Source of the DNA: a virus
Lineage: Duplodnaviria; Caudoviricetes
DNA length: 30,826 nt
Virus record (IMG/VR): IMGVR_UViG_3300011336_000379
Span: 1-30,826 of that record
Reading direction: 5' to 3' (one strand)
Shown here: positions 1 to 9,562 of the stretch, piece after piece
Layout: each line of letters begins with the position of its first letter
Position numbering within the stretch: position 1 is the stretch's first letter
The notes under the pieces: generated by a model
What the model saw: the letters and a program-made list of their open reading frames with translations, nothing else
What the model was told of the DNA's origin: nothing
Database searches by the model: none
Position numbers and translations under genes: made by a program

Positions 1-1
1 T

Positions 2-574
2 TTGAATAGGGTCATTAGGATTAACAGCAAGTTTCTTTTCAATTTTACCTATTGCTTTAGCTAATGGTAAATGTTTTTGAGCAAAACCTAAGTTATGAGA
101 GTAAATAAACTTTTCGTTACCATCAGTAGACATAGTTTCTTTACCTTCTACTTCTATACCTTTTAATTTTTTACCATTAACTACTGGTTCAGGTATACCA
201 CCTTGTGCATGTGATTTACCATTAAAAACTACATTATTTTTAGAAAGTTTTTGTACAGTTCCACCTTGTTTATATTCTACCATTCCTCCATATTGATGAT
301 TCCATTTAGAAGCGTTATGAGCAAAATTAGCACGTTTAACTATTGTAGGAGAATAATCTTCTTTATTAGCTAATACTTGAGAAGCCATTCCTTGTACACT
401 TTTACCATGTGATTTAGCGTAAGCTGTAAACTTACCTTTATTTTCAGGTTTAATGTGTATACCACCATACTTATACTTATCTAAATCTTTATTAAAAGAT
501 TCTTTAGTAGGATATTTTTTGTAGAAGTCTGATTCAGTTAAACCAGTAAGTTCTAATATTTCTTTTTTTGTCAT
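2..574 (-). CDS. Virion cargo/ejection-type protein, N-terminal part (runs off the window edge)
   Basis: Not in the ORF track. Manual translation from ATG 574 stays open to the edge: MTKKEILELTG...KYKYGGIHIKPENKGKFTAYAKSHGKSVQ...KRANFAHNASKW...FNGKSHAQGG...EVEGKE. It has repeated xxGG motifs and lies downstream of the muzzle gene, where crAss-like phages encode cargo proteins. Confidence 0.75.
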   Translation of the reverse strand, partial: MTKKEILELTGLTESDFYKKYPTKESFNKDLDKYKYGGIHIKPENKGKFTAYAKSHGKSVQGMASQVLANKEDYSPTIVKRANFAHNASKWNHQYGGMVEYKQGGTVQKLSKNNVVFNGKSHAQGGIPEPVVNGKKLKGIEVEGKETMSTDGNEKFIYSHNLGFAQKHLPLAKAIGKIEKKLAVNPNDPIQ

Positions 575-584
575 TGCTGTATAT

Positions 585-3167
585 TTATAAACTGTCTAAC
601 CAATTAGATTTTTTACTTTTAAATACTCCACCTTTAGAGTAAGTTTCTTTAAGCATTGGTGGTTCTGTTAGTTTACCACCAAATTTAGCATATTTTTTAG
701 AATCTAAATTACCTTGAGTTTTAAATCCTGAAGCTAATAATTGTTGATATTTATTTTGCTCAATTGCTATATCATTTGCTTGTTTTTGTTTTATAAATTC
801 TTCTTTTCTTTGTTTAGCTTCTTCATTTTGTTTACCTGCCATTATACCACCAAAAACACCACCACCAACAGCACCTATAGCTGTTCCCCAAGGACCAAAC
901 ATTGAACCCATACTTGCACCTTGAGCAGCTCCACTTAATGCTCCACTACCAACTGCAGCAGTATCATCTCTAACACCAAATTCATCACCTGGTCCACTTA
1001 AAGTTTGATTAAGCATATCAGCTACTTGTAACCCACCTTGAGTAGCACTCATAGCACCTGCAAATCCACCACCTGCTAATTTTTTAAGTACTGAATCTCT
1101 TTTATTGTAGAGTTTGATTGTACCTCCCATTTCCATTTTAGCTTTAATCTTTTTTTCTTGCTCTAACATTTCTTTAGTAGGTTCCTTACCACTACCTCTG
1201 TTAGCTCTAATACTATCCCATAATCCTTTTTGTGAATAAGAACCATCAGTTCTTTTAATTAATCCTCCATTTGCTTTAGATTCATTTAATTGTTGTGCTC
1301 CAATTGCTGTTGGTATAATATATGGTGAAGCACTTAACATTTTATTTAATCCTTTAGAAATTAATTTATAGTTATTATCTGAAGCTTTCATTATATTAAA
1401 AAGTCTTAAATATTTTCCACTACTTTCTTCATCAAACATAGCATCTGAAAAAGTATTTTTAACCATTTCAGGAGTAATTTTTGTGTAAGAAGTTTTTGGA
1501 ATTGTTCCTTGATCCATCATATACTGTTGAACCTCTGCTAAAAATGCAGATTTTTCTTTTCCTTGACTTCCTGTTAAAAAGTAATCTGTAGCTCTTTGTT
1601 TATTTGAAAGTACTGATATATCTATAGATTTATCCTTAATAGAAGTATCCCAAACTTTATTAGGTGTACCTTCTTTTCTTAATTCTAATCCTGATAATAA
1701 ATTATCAATTTTTGTTTTATTACCTTTATTCTTTACTGCTTCTTGAACACCATGTTCTATTTCATGTCTTACAACTTTATTTAAAAACGAATTATAAAGC
1801 GAATTATCAGAATTTACTGCAATTTTATTTTTACTTGGTCTATAATACCCAAGTGTATTAGGATCTTCTACTATTTCAAGTTTTTGTAAAAGTTCATCAT
1901 TATTTATTCCTAAATTTTTTAATCGTTTTTTTCCTTCTGGAGTTTTTATTCTTGTTTTAAAATTTTCTAATGTTTCAAGACTTTCTTTATTTTTAGTAAT
2001 AGGAAGATTATTAAATCTAAATTCTTCTTTAAAAAAATCTTCTATTTCTTTTCTTGAATCTTTATTTACATATTCTGTTATATTATAAACATTTTTTAAA
2101 GGTGTTTTAGTAGTAGTAGCTTTACCTGCATTTTTTAAAAGTTTACTTGTAGCTTTAGCACCTTTTAAAGCTAAGTTACCTGCTAACATTGCACTACTAA
2201 TTAAATCTAAAGGAGAATCTGATATTTCTGCTTCACCTGTACCTGTTTTACCAAAGTCTTTTTTAATACTAGATGCATCTCTTACACCCTGTAAATTAGT
2301 TCTTAACCCTTGAGCATTAAATCTTTGTGGATATTTAATATTTAGATTAACTGAAGTTGCATCAGATTTTGCAACATTAGGAGGTAATCCAAACTCAGCT
2401 TTAATTAATCCTCCATGTTTATAAGGATTTTTAGGTGCAAGTTTTTTAAATCCTTCTTCAAATTTAAGATTAGTATGATTTAATATATCATTTTGATAAT
2501 CAATAGATTCTTTAGGTAATCCTTTTAACCAATCTAAAGAATTATAAATATCTACACCTTTTGCTTTTTGTGCAGTTAAATGTTTAAATAAATTACCTCT
2601 ACCATAATTATATGCTACTAATGTTTTAGCTAATCTTACTTTTTCACTTTGGTTAGGTTTATTTATAAAATCAGCATTATATAAATTATTCATGTAAAAC
2701 TTTTGAATAGCTTTATTTACTTTAGGGTCAAATATATTATCAGTTGGTTTTACTATACCTGCTTTTACAGCATCTTTAAAAGCATCTTTTTTTATTTGAG
2801 CTATTCCTTTAGCACCAGCTGGTGATACAGCTTTTGAATTAAAAGAAGATTCTTTAAATATTTGTCTATGTAAAATATCTAAAGGTACTTCTTGTGCTTT
2901 AGCAGGTACAACTTTTTTAGTAGCTACTGGTTTAGGTTTAGGTTTAGGTGCAGGTCTAGCTAAAGTTTTAACTGGAGGTTTAACTGCAATTTTAGATAAA
3001 GCTTGATTTATAGATTTTGGAGGTCCAAATTGTTCTGAAGTTTCTTCTACTTCTAAAGGTTCTTCTAACATACCACCTTCAGCATAATTATCTAACCATT
3101 TAGACGATGTTATTTTACCACCATTACCAAATTTTTTTATTAACTTATTTATACTGATATATTTCAT
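585..3167 (-). CDS. Multidomain virion cargo protein with lytic transglycosylase (SLT), HExxH zincin-like domain and Gly-rich membrane hairpin
   Basis: SLT motifs KESSFN..AVSPAGAKGIAQI and AYNYGRGN; VVRHEIEHGVQE; GALSGAAQGASMGSMFGPWGTAIGAVGGGVFGG. Directly follows the muzzle gene. Confidence 0.8.
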   Translation of the reverse strand: MKYISINKLIKKFGNGGKITSSKWLDNYAEGGMLEEPLEVEETSEQFGPPKSINQALSKIAVKPPVKTLARPAPKPKPKPVATKKVVPAKAQEVPLDILHRQIFKESSFNSKAVSPAGAKGIAQIKKDAFKDAVKAGIVKPTDNIFDPKVNKAIQKFYMNNLYNADFINKPNQSEKVRLAKTLVAYNYGRGNLFKHLTAQKAKGVDIYNSLDWLKGLPKESIDYQNDILNHTNLKFEEGFKKLAPKNPYKHGGLIKAEFGLPPNVAKSDATSVNLNIKYPQRFNAQGLRTNLQGVRDASSIKKDFGKTGTGEAEISDSPLDLISSAMLAGNLALKGAKATSKLLKNAGKATTTKTPLKNVYNITEYVNKDSRKEIEDFFKEEFRFNNLPITKNKESLETLENFKTRIKTPEGKKRLKNLGINNDELLQKLEIVEDPNTLGYYRPSKNKIAVNSDNSLYNSFLNKVVRHEIEHGVQEAVKNKGNKTKIDNLLSGLELRKEGTPNKVWDTSIKDKSIDISVLSNKQRATDYFLTGSQGKEKSAFLAEVQQYMMDQGTIPKTSYTKITPEMVKNTFSDAMFDEESSGKYLRLFNIMKASDNNYKLISKGLNKMLSASPYIIPTAIGAQQLNESKANGGLIKRTDGSYSQKGLWDSIRANRGSGKEPTKEMLEQEKKIKAKMEMGGTIKLYNKRDSVLKKLAGGGFAGAMSATQGGLQVADMLNQTLSGPGDEFGVRDDTAAVGSGALSGAAQGASMGSMFGPWGTAIGAVGGGVFGGIMAGKQNEEAKQRKEEFIKQKQANDIAIEQNKYQQLLASGFKTQGNLDSKKYAKFGGKLTEPPMLKETYSKGGVFKSKKSNWLDSL

Positions 3168-5884
3168 TATCTGTAAGAATCTGTTTTATTAATATCTACT
3201 GAATGAAGAACCATTTTATAATCACCTACATTATCATATTCTAATCTAATAATAAACCATCTATTATTTATTAATTCTTTTTCAAACCATGATAAATTAG
3301 AATTTAAATTACTATTTATTTCTTCAAAGTTATGAAGAATATCTTTAATAAATGGTATGTTAGGGTCATTTACAATATTTCTAAAAGAATTACAATACCA
3401 TTTAGTTTCAGCATTTCTTGAATTAGTATCTTTAAATAAATTAGTATCATAATCTAATATTATTTTACCAGAATGTTGATATTGATTTCTAATAGATAAT
3501 GAAGTAATAGTTTTATAAAAATCAGTTACATCATTACTTTTAATAAAGTTAGTATTCCAATTAACTGAATCCAATATTAAAGGTGAATCTTTAAATGTTC
3601 TTTTACCATTAACAAATGATGGAATACTATAAGGATTAAATAGTACATCTACATAAGATGATTTTTTATCTGCATAATAAGTACCTTTATTAGTTGCACT
3701 ATTATGTTTATATAATTTACCATCTTTAAATGATATTACATTCTTTCTAGTTGAAAACATATAATCAGCAGGGTAATCATGGAATGATACCCAACCACCT
3801 TGACCGTTATTCGCAAAAGAAGAATACGATAAAGTAAAGTATTTGTAGTTGTCTGTATTAGTTTGTTGTTTAACAGACATTAATATTCTTTTATATCTTG
3901 TATCGTATGTTACTGTTATACCATCATGTGTAAATGGATTATCGTAATTTGTAGCTGAAAAATCTTTTAGATTAGTAGCAAAGAAATTAAATAGTCCTTG
4001 TGAACTAAGCTCTTTAGGAACTTGGTCATTACCAAATAAAAATACTTTACCTTGTTGTACATCTACCCAAAAATAACCATCAGGTAGTAATCCACAAGAA
4101 AACATGTGTTGCGTACCTGTATAACCATTAGTTGTAGGTATAATTTCTATTGGTGCAAAATCAAATATTTCACCAGATGATAAACTAATTTGTGCTACAT
4201 CTGCTGCTAACCTAGCTTTATCTCTAGTATAAAATAAAGCTCTTTCTGTATGAATTAACAACCTATCTACTGTACCTTGTAAATTATTAATTACACCTTT
4301 AGATTTTTGTATTTCATAATAATCTAAAGGTAAAAATCTAGTCCATTGTTGGTATTTAGATTCTGATGTTACAGGTAATGATTGTATTATTCTATGTGGA
4401 AAAGAATTAGTAAATTCATTAGAATTTTCAAAAATTACAGCAATAAAATCATTACTAATTTTATTATAGTCTTTATTAATAGTTAAATAATTTCCAGAAG
4501 TTACTATATCATTATTACCTATATAAGCTGGAAAAGGTTCACCTGAATAAAATTTATCTCCATTATTAGTAGAATTTCTTAAACCTATATTTAAACTACT
4601 TTCTAATAAAAAATTATGTATAGATTTAATAAATATTTGCTGTGTATTTGGAATATTACTTGATGCATCTTTTCCAGGTAATCCTGTAAAAGAATTATAA
4701 CTATACATGTCAAAAAATGCATCACCATTTTTTATAACAGTATTATTAATATTATTAACAGATATAGTATGTGCTGTAATTAAATCTTGTGTTGAAAAAG
4801 AATTGTAAACATCTGTTAAATATTTGTTTATGTTATAATGATAAAAATTATCATAATCTGGATTTTTTGATTTATAAAATCCTAATTTTACAATAGGAAA
4901 ATTAATTTCAAGATCATAAGTATAACTTTCTAAATAACAAAGATTTGTAGTATCATCATTACCACCTAATTCCCATACTTTGTTTATATCTGCAACAGCA
5001 CCATTTTCAGAAAATTTTAAATTATTTTCTCCTGCAACAATATTATTAGGAACATAATTAAAGTTTCTTAATTTAACAACTTTTAAAGATTCAGGTGTAT
5101 TTTTAGAAGCTCCATTTATACTATTAGTTATTGCTTGTACATCAAGAGGTCTATCATTAGGATCACTTTTAAGAAATAAATTATTATTAATTACAGATCT
5201 TCCTTTAAAATTAACTTTAATGTAGCATCCATTTAAAGATGGATTAATATTTATTACTTCAGGAGAATGAAATTTTATTCTATAAAAATCTGGAGGAGTA
5301 GCTCCATGTTGTGCGTAATCAGGAGTAGGAAACCAATAAGGAGTTACAATTCTGTCATAGTTGTCATTTTGATAACTAAAACTTTTATCATCAAATTTAA
5401 CAGACATTGGTAAAGTAAACCAATTACCATAACCTGTATAAATATATGTATTTCTACCAACTACCTCACCTTCAGATATTTGGTCTACTTTATCCATTAT
5501 AAAACCCATAAAAGAAGTTTTATCTTGACCTACTACTAAAGAATTATCAAAATCTCTTTTAGCATACGATATAATAATTTTATCTACATTAGCTAATATT
5601 TCAGCAGGTAATGAAAAATTTTTTATTTTAACACCTAGTAAATCCCATTTAGACATTCCATAAGCTGTATCTACATGTACATTTTCTCTAATAAAAGCAT
5701 TAGAAGGAAATTTATGATGTCTAACAGGAGTACCTTTTAAATTACCCCATTCATCAAAATCTGGATAAGTTTCATTTTCATTTTCCCAATAACCAAAATC
5801 ACCTTCTTGTGCTACAGAATCCCATGTACAAGTATCTCTTACTTGAAAGTATTTAATTTTATTTGGTTTTATTGAATCATTCAC
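3167..5884 (-). CDS. Muzzle/tail stabilisation protein, C-terminal portion
   Basis: FGYWENENETYP...VRHHKFP and GWVSFHDY, YGTQ-like GYTGTQH, YFWVD motifs resemble crAss-like Tstab/muzzle proteins. The GTG start lies at the junction of the 82-bp duplication. Confidence 0.75.
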   Translation of the reverse strand: MNDSIKPNKIKYFQVRDTCTWDSVAQEGDFGYWENENETYPDFDEWGNLKGTPVRHHKFPSNAFIRENVHVDTAYGMSKWDLLGVKIKNFSLPAEILANVDKIIISYAKRDFDNSLVVGQDKTSFMGFIMDKVDQISEGEVVGRNTYIYTGYGNWFTLPMSVKFDDKSFSYQNDNYDRIVTPYWFPTPDYAQHGATPPDFYRIKFHSPEVININPSLNGCYIKVNFKGRSVINNNLFLKSDPNDRPLDVQAITNSINGASKNTPESLKVVKLRNFNYVPNNIVAGENNLKFSENGAVADINKVWELGGNDDTTNLCYLESYTYDLEINFPIVKLGFYKSKNPDYDNFYHYNINKYLTDVYNSFSTQDLITAHTISVNNINNTVIKNGDAFFDMYSYNSFTGLPGKDASSNIPNTQQIFIKSIHNFLLESSLNIGLRNSTNNGDKFYSGEPFPAYIGNNDIVTSGNYLTINKDYNKISNDFIAVIFENSNEFTNSFPHRIIQSLPVTSESKYQQWTRFLPLDYYEIQKSKGVINNLQGTVDRLLIHTERALFYTRDKARLAADVAQISLSSGEIFDFAPIEIIPTTNGYTGTQHMFSCGLLPDGYFWVDVQQGKVFLFGNDQVPKELSSQGLFNFFATNLKDFSATNYDNPFTHDGITVTYDTRYKRILMSVKQQTNTDNYKYFTLSYSSFANNGQGGWVSFHDYPADYMFSTRKNVISFKDGKLYKHNSATNKGTYYADKKSSYVDVLFNPYSIPSFVNGKRTFKDSPLILDSVNWNTNFIKSNDVTDFYKTITSLSIRNQYQHSGKIILDYDTNLFKDTNSRNAETKWYCNSFRNIVNDPNIPFIKDILHNFEEINSNLNSNLSWFEKELINNRWFIIRLEYDNVGDYKMVLHSVDINKTDSYR

Positions 5885-5962
5885 CTTCTTGTGCTACAGA
5901 ATCCCATGTACAAGTATCTCTTACTTGAAAGTATTTAACTTTATTTGGGTTTAATGAATCAT
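5799..5962. repeat. 82-bp tandem duplication (5799-5880 and 5881-5962), 3 mismatches
   Basis: Both copies start tcaccttcttgtgctacagaatccc and their first 58 bp are identical. The peptide KYFQVRDTCTWDSVAQEG appears in both flanking ORFs. Confidence 0.97.
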
Positions 5963-7262
5963 CATTAGTTAAATAAGTACTATCTACTCTAACTACATTA
6001 GGTAATGATTCTGTATCAGTAGTTGTTAATCTAGCTTTTTCACTAAATGTTTTACTAATTGCAGTTATAGTTTTAGTAGCTGCTCTACCTGGAATATGAA
6101 ATGCTTGTGATGTTTTACCATTTTTATAAAGTAATGTTGCATAAAAAGCATATACTTCATCATGAGCAAAAGTTCTATTATTAGAATATTTAGCTAATTT
6201 ATCTTTATCATTATATGTTATTAATTCTGTAGTCCATTTTAAAGACCATTGATTAACATATTGTTGTATTGATACATCATTATTACCTTGTAAATTCCCT
6301 AAATACAATTGAGAATTTAGTAAAGTAACAGTTTTAGCTTTTGAATATAAAGGAGCTTTAACTAATACATCACTTGGTGTAAGTGTTGTTTCTTGTTCTT
6401 GACCTGTATAAGATATTGTAATAGATGATCTACCAGCTATTGATTGAGATAAAATTTTAACAAAACTTGTAGTAGTGTCACCTGTATTAAATTTTTGAAC
6501 TGCAATATTAATTGTATCGTATGCAGTATCTATTGTGTTTATTGTTAATTTAATTTTTTTAGATGTAGCAACTTGAGTAGCATTACCATGAAAATTAAAT
6601 GTATCATTTGTTTGAGAATCCGTAACAATATAACAAGGATTACTTGGTAATGAATAATCTGTTTGAATACCATTATTTGTTTCATATTGAACAAATAAAT
6701 AATAAGTACCTGTTTTTAATGTACCTCCTGATTCTACAACAGCAGTTAATTCAGGTTGTACAAATTCAGGAAATAAATTAGTTTGTTTTAAATCAGTAAC
6801 TTGATTAGCATTAGTTATATTAAGTATTTTAGGTGATTGATTATTATCAGTCCATGCTACATATATTTCACCTAAATAATTTTCTCTCCATACAGCTTTA
6901 ATAGGGTAATTTAAATTTAAATTTAAAGCTGGTTGTGAATTAGACCTATCATCATATTTTATTTCAAATTCATCTTTATTTTCATCATACGCACCTATAA
7001 TAGAATTAGTATTGTTAGTTAACCATATTACTTCATATTGTGTAGTAGATAAAGCACCAATAGGTTTAAATCCACTATCTAACAATTCTTTCCAACCTTT
7101 ATTTGCTATTGTTTTTGAATTAATAGAACTTTCATCAAATCCAGGTTCATTTTCAACAGCACCTAAAGTAGAAGTCAATAGTATATTTTTAGCAAAAGGT
7201 ATAAATCCTTCTGGTAAATCATTTGCTGAGTAATCTTGGTTAAGTCCTAAAAAACTATTCAT
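5877..7262 (-). CDS. Muzzle/tail stabilisation protein, N-terminal portion
   Basis: N-terminal GLNQD...AKNI...VENEPG, WTDNNQSPKILN, LYLGNL and DEVYAFY..LLYKNG..SQAFHIPGR motifs. Follows the tail tubular gene. Confidence 0.75.
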   Translation of the reverse strand: MNSFLGLNQDYSANDLPEGFIPFAKNILLTSTLGAVENEPGFDESSINSKTIANKGWKELLDSGFKPIGALSTTQYEVIWLTNNTNSIIGAYDENKDEFEIKYDDRSNSQPALNLNLNYPIKAVWRENYLGEIYVAWTDNNQSPKILNITNANQVTDLKQTNLFPEFVQPELTAVVESGGTLKTGTYYLFVQYETNNGIQTDYSLPSNPCYIVTDSQTNDTFNFHGNATQVATSKKIKLTINTIDTAYDTINIAVQKFNTGDTTTSFVKILSQSIAGRSSITISYTGQEQETTLTPSDVLVKAPLYSKAKTVTLLNSQLYLGNLQGNNDVSIQQYVNQWSLKWTTELITYNDKDKLAKYSNNRTFAHDEVYAFYATLLYKNGKTSQAFHIPGRAATKTITAISKTFSEKARLTTTDTESLPNVVRVDSTYLTNDDSLNPNKVKYFQVRDTCTWDSVAQEGE

Positions 7263-8068
7263 TATCTACGATTTAATAAGAATGTGTTATGATAATCTAA
7301 TCCAGTAGGTATTAATCTTACCCAAGTTCTTGAGAAATCAAATGCTCTATCAGGAGTCCAATTTCTAAGTGAATTAATTGCTCTATCTCTGTATTCTTCC
7401 CATTTAGATTCACAAAATTTATAGCTAAATTCTTTATTAGGATGTTCAAAACCAGCACCTATCATCATGTGAAGTACATACCAATACAAAGCTGTTTTTA
7501 AAGATTCATTATCAGGTATCATAATAACCCCATTTTCATCTTTTTCATACGCTAAGTAATACAAAGTAATTACACCTTCTTTAAAAGAAACTTGTATTTT
7601 ATTTGCTACTCTTTTATAAAAATCAGCTTCCCAAAATGGTAATACAGTTAAATCAGCATTATATTTAAACAATGAAGTTTTAGTTGTAGTTTCTGTTATT
7701 TTATCTGTTGTTTCAACAGTAATTTTATTTTCAGTTATTTCAAATAAAGAACCTGAAATAACATTATCTCCTACTGAAAAATCAGTTAAAATATCAGGTA
7801 CATGCAAAATAGTATTTGTTTCTCGCATACGATGTTGTTGATACATAACTGCATCAAGAACAACTAAATCACAAGGTAATGCACCTTCATGATTTTTAAT
7901 TGTTACATCTAAGGTAGTTGGTTGTAAACTAGTTCTTACTCTAGTTTTTTCCATACCTTCCCACAACCATTCGTAAATATCATTTTCCCATGAAGAATCT
8001 GTTAGTTTTATATTTCTATAAATCCTACCTAAAACTTCATTTATTGATACTGTTTTATAAACTGCCAT
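7262..8068 (-). CDS. Tail tubular/ring protein (Ttub, P22 gp4-like)
   Basis: Lies immediately before the muzzle gene. YKTVSINEVLGRI, LPCDL and DENGVIMIPDNESLKTALYWYV motifs resemble crAss-like ring proteins. Confidence 0.7.
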   Translation of the reverse strand: MAVYKTVSINEVLGRIYRNIKLTDSSWENDIYEWLWEGMEKTRVRTSLQPTTLDVTIKNHEGALPCDLVVLDAVMYQQHRMRETNTILHVPDILTDFSVGDNVISGSLFEITENKITVETTDKITETTTKTSLFKYNADLTVLPFWEADFYKRVANKIQVSFKEGVITLYYLAYEKDENGVIMIPDNESLKTALYWYVLHMMIGAGFEHPNKEFSYKFCESKWEEYRDRAINSLRNWTPDRAFDFSRTWVRLIPTGLDYHNTFLLNRR

Positions 8069-8840
8069 TTTTTTCTTTTAATAATTGTTTATATCTCTCT
8101 ACCCTTAACTTTGATTTTAAACTCATTTCGTGCATATCTTTTTTACTTATATAACGAAATCTACTTCTAAGAACAGGATTTTTTGCTAACTGACCATAAA
8201 TTCTATTTTTAAAACTACTATCTTTATCACCATAAGTAGGTCTTACATAATACACTTGTTTATTTCTAAACTTACATACTTTATTAAGAATAAGTAAAAT
8301 ATAATCATCATACTCATCTTCATAATTTTTATATTTTAAATATGATGATTTTGATTTTTCTACCCTTATAATTTCTAAATACCCTAGTCCTGTTATTTTA
8401 TATTTTTCAGCATTTATTAATTTATCTTGAATTCTAAAATTCAATTCTTTCATAATTTCTTTCCAACCTTTAAAATCAATAATTTTATGGTAAAGTTTTT
8501 TACCTTTACTATAATCTACAATTTTACTGTTGTACTCATCTAGTTTAGCAATTAAATTTTTTCTAGTTCTTGTTGCTTCACCATTAGTATTAGACCATGA
8601 AGTGTTATGAATTAATTTATCAAAAAGAGCTTTTTTCTGTTCTTTTAAATGTTTTAAATCTTCTTTTTGAATTGAAAATACAGTTCTTGTTTTATCCCAA
8701 TATCCTACTTTAATTGCAAAATAGTTTTCATTGTCTTGCAATAATTCAGTTACAAAATCTTCGTATATATCAGATGCTACATACGTTTTTTGTAAGTTTT
8801 TATGATTGTATTTTCTTTTTTCTTTAACTTCCTTGTCCAT
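8055..8840 (-). CDS. IHF/HU-like DNA-binding protein of the crAss structural module
   Basis: Basic protein with segment KEIMKELNFRIQDKLINAEKYKITGLGYLEIIR (helix then beta arm). Sits at the conserved position before Ttub. Confidence 0.55.
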   Translation of the reverse strand: MDKEVKEKRKYNHKNLQKTYVASDIYEDFVTELLQDNENYFAIKVGYWDKTRTVFSIQKEDLKHLKEQKKALFDKLIHNTSWSNTNGEATRTRKNLIAKLDEYNSKIVDYSKGKKLYHKIIDFKGWKEIMKELNFRIQDKLINAEKYKITGLGYLEIIRVEKSKSSYLKYKNYEDEYDDYILLILNKVCKFRNKQVYYVRPTYGDKDSSFKNRIYGQLAKNPVLRSRFRYISKKDMHEMSLKSKLRVERYKQLLKEKNGSL

Positions 8841-9477
8841 TTACTTTTACTTCTGTATCTTCTGTTTTAGTTTGATTTCTTAATTCTGTACCAAGTATAG
8901 ATTGAATTACTCTTTGAATTAAATCTTCAGTCAAAGGATATTGATCATCATCTTGATAACAAGGTTTATCATCATTACATTTTTGAAATTTACTTACTTC
9001 TTCTAAATCACTAGGTATACCAGATATTCCTATATATTTTATGTTATCGTCTATATTATAGAAATACCCATATCCATTAAGTATAGTATAATAACCATCA
9101 TTTTTTCTTCTATTACGATTATATTTAATTGTACTTAATTGACTTGGATAAATATAAGTGTAAGGAGTTTCTAAATCAGCTGAACCAACAAATGAATAAG
9201 GAAATTGATTTAACCTTATACCTTGAGGTATTTTATCAACAGTTCTTAATACACAACCATAATTAAAAGGACATTTTATTTTATAATCTTTTTGAATAGG
9301 CATTGTCCAAGATAATTGAAAATGAGAAGTTTCTCTTGGATTTTCTTTTAATGATTGTCTTAATATGGTGTTTCTCCATGTATTAACAATTGTTTTTAGC
9401 TCTCTTTTAAAAACTAAATCATATTGTCTACCTACTCGCTCTGCAAGAATTGTTACTATTTGATTTAATGATGTCAT
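8824..9477 (-). CDS. Tail ring/adaptor protein
   Basis: 217 aa with CVLRTVDKIP, YYTILNGYGY and PCYQDDDQYPL motifs. Synteny with crAss-like ring proteins. Confidence 0.6.
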   Translation of the reverse strand: MTSLNQIVTILAERVGRQYDLVFKRELKTIVNTWRNTILRQSLKENPRETSHFQLSWTMPIQKDYKIKCPFNYGCVLRTVDKIPQGIRLNQFPYSFVGSADLETPYTYIYPSQLSTIKYNRNRRKNDGYYTILNGYGYFYNIDDNIKYIGISGIPSDLEEVSKFQKCNDDKPCYQDDDQYPLTEDLIQRVIQSILGTELRNQTKTEDTEVKVNGQGS

Positions 9478-9481
9478 ATAG

Positions 9482-9489
9482 CAAATATA
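9482..9489 (-). promoter_or_regulatory. Bacteroidota-type -7 promoter box TATATTTG
   Basis: Matches TAnnTTTG, 4 nt upstream of ATG 9477 and just downstream of a terminator. Confidence 0.6.
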
Positions 9490-9508
9490 ATTTATTTTAA
9501 TGATATAA

Positions 9509-9538
9509 TAAAAAAGGGATAACTATAAAGCTATCCCT
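9509..9538 (-). terminator. Rho-independent terminator after the auxiliary capsid gene
   Basis: Minus strand AGGGATAGCT-TTAT-AGTTATCCCT followed by TTTT. Confidence 0.75.
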
Positions 9539-9562
9539 AATTTATATTAAACTGTAAAACAA

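Noticed and set aside
5799-5962. Diversity-generating retroelement TR/VR pair or insertion target-site duplication
   Set aside because: No reverse transcriptase is in the window, the copies are directly adjacent in the middle of the gene, and nothing is inserted between them.
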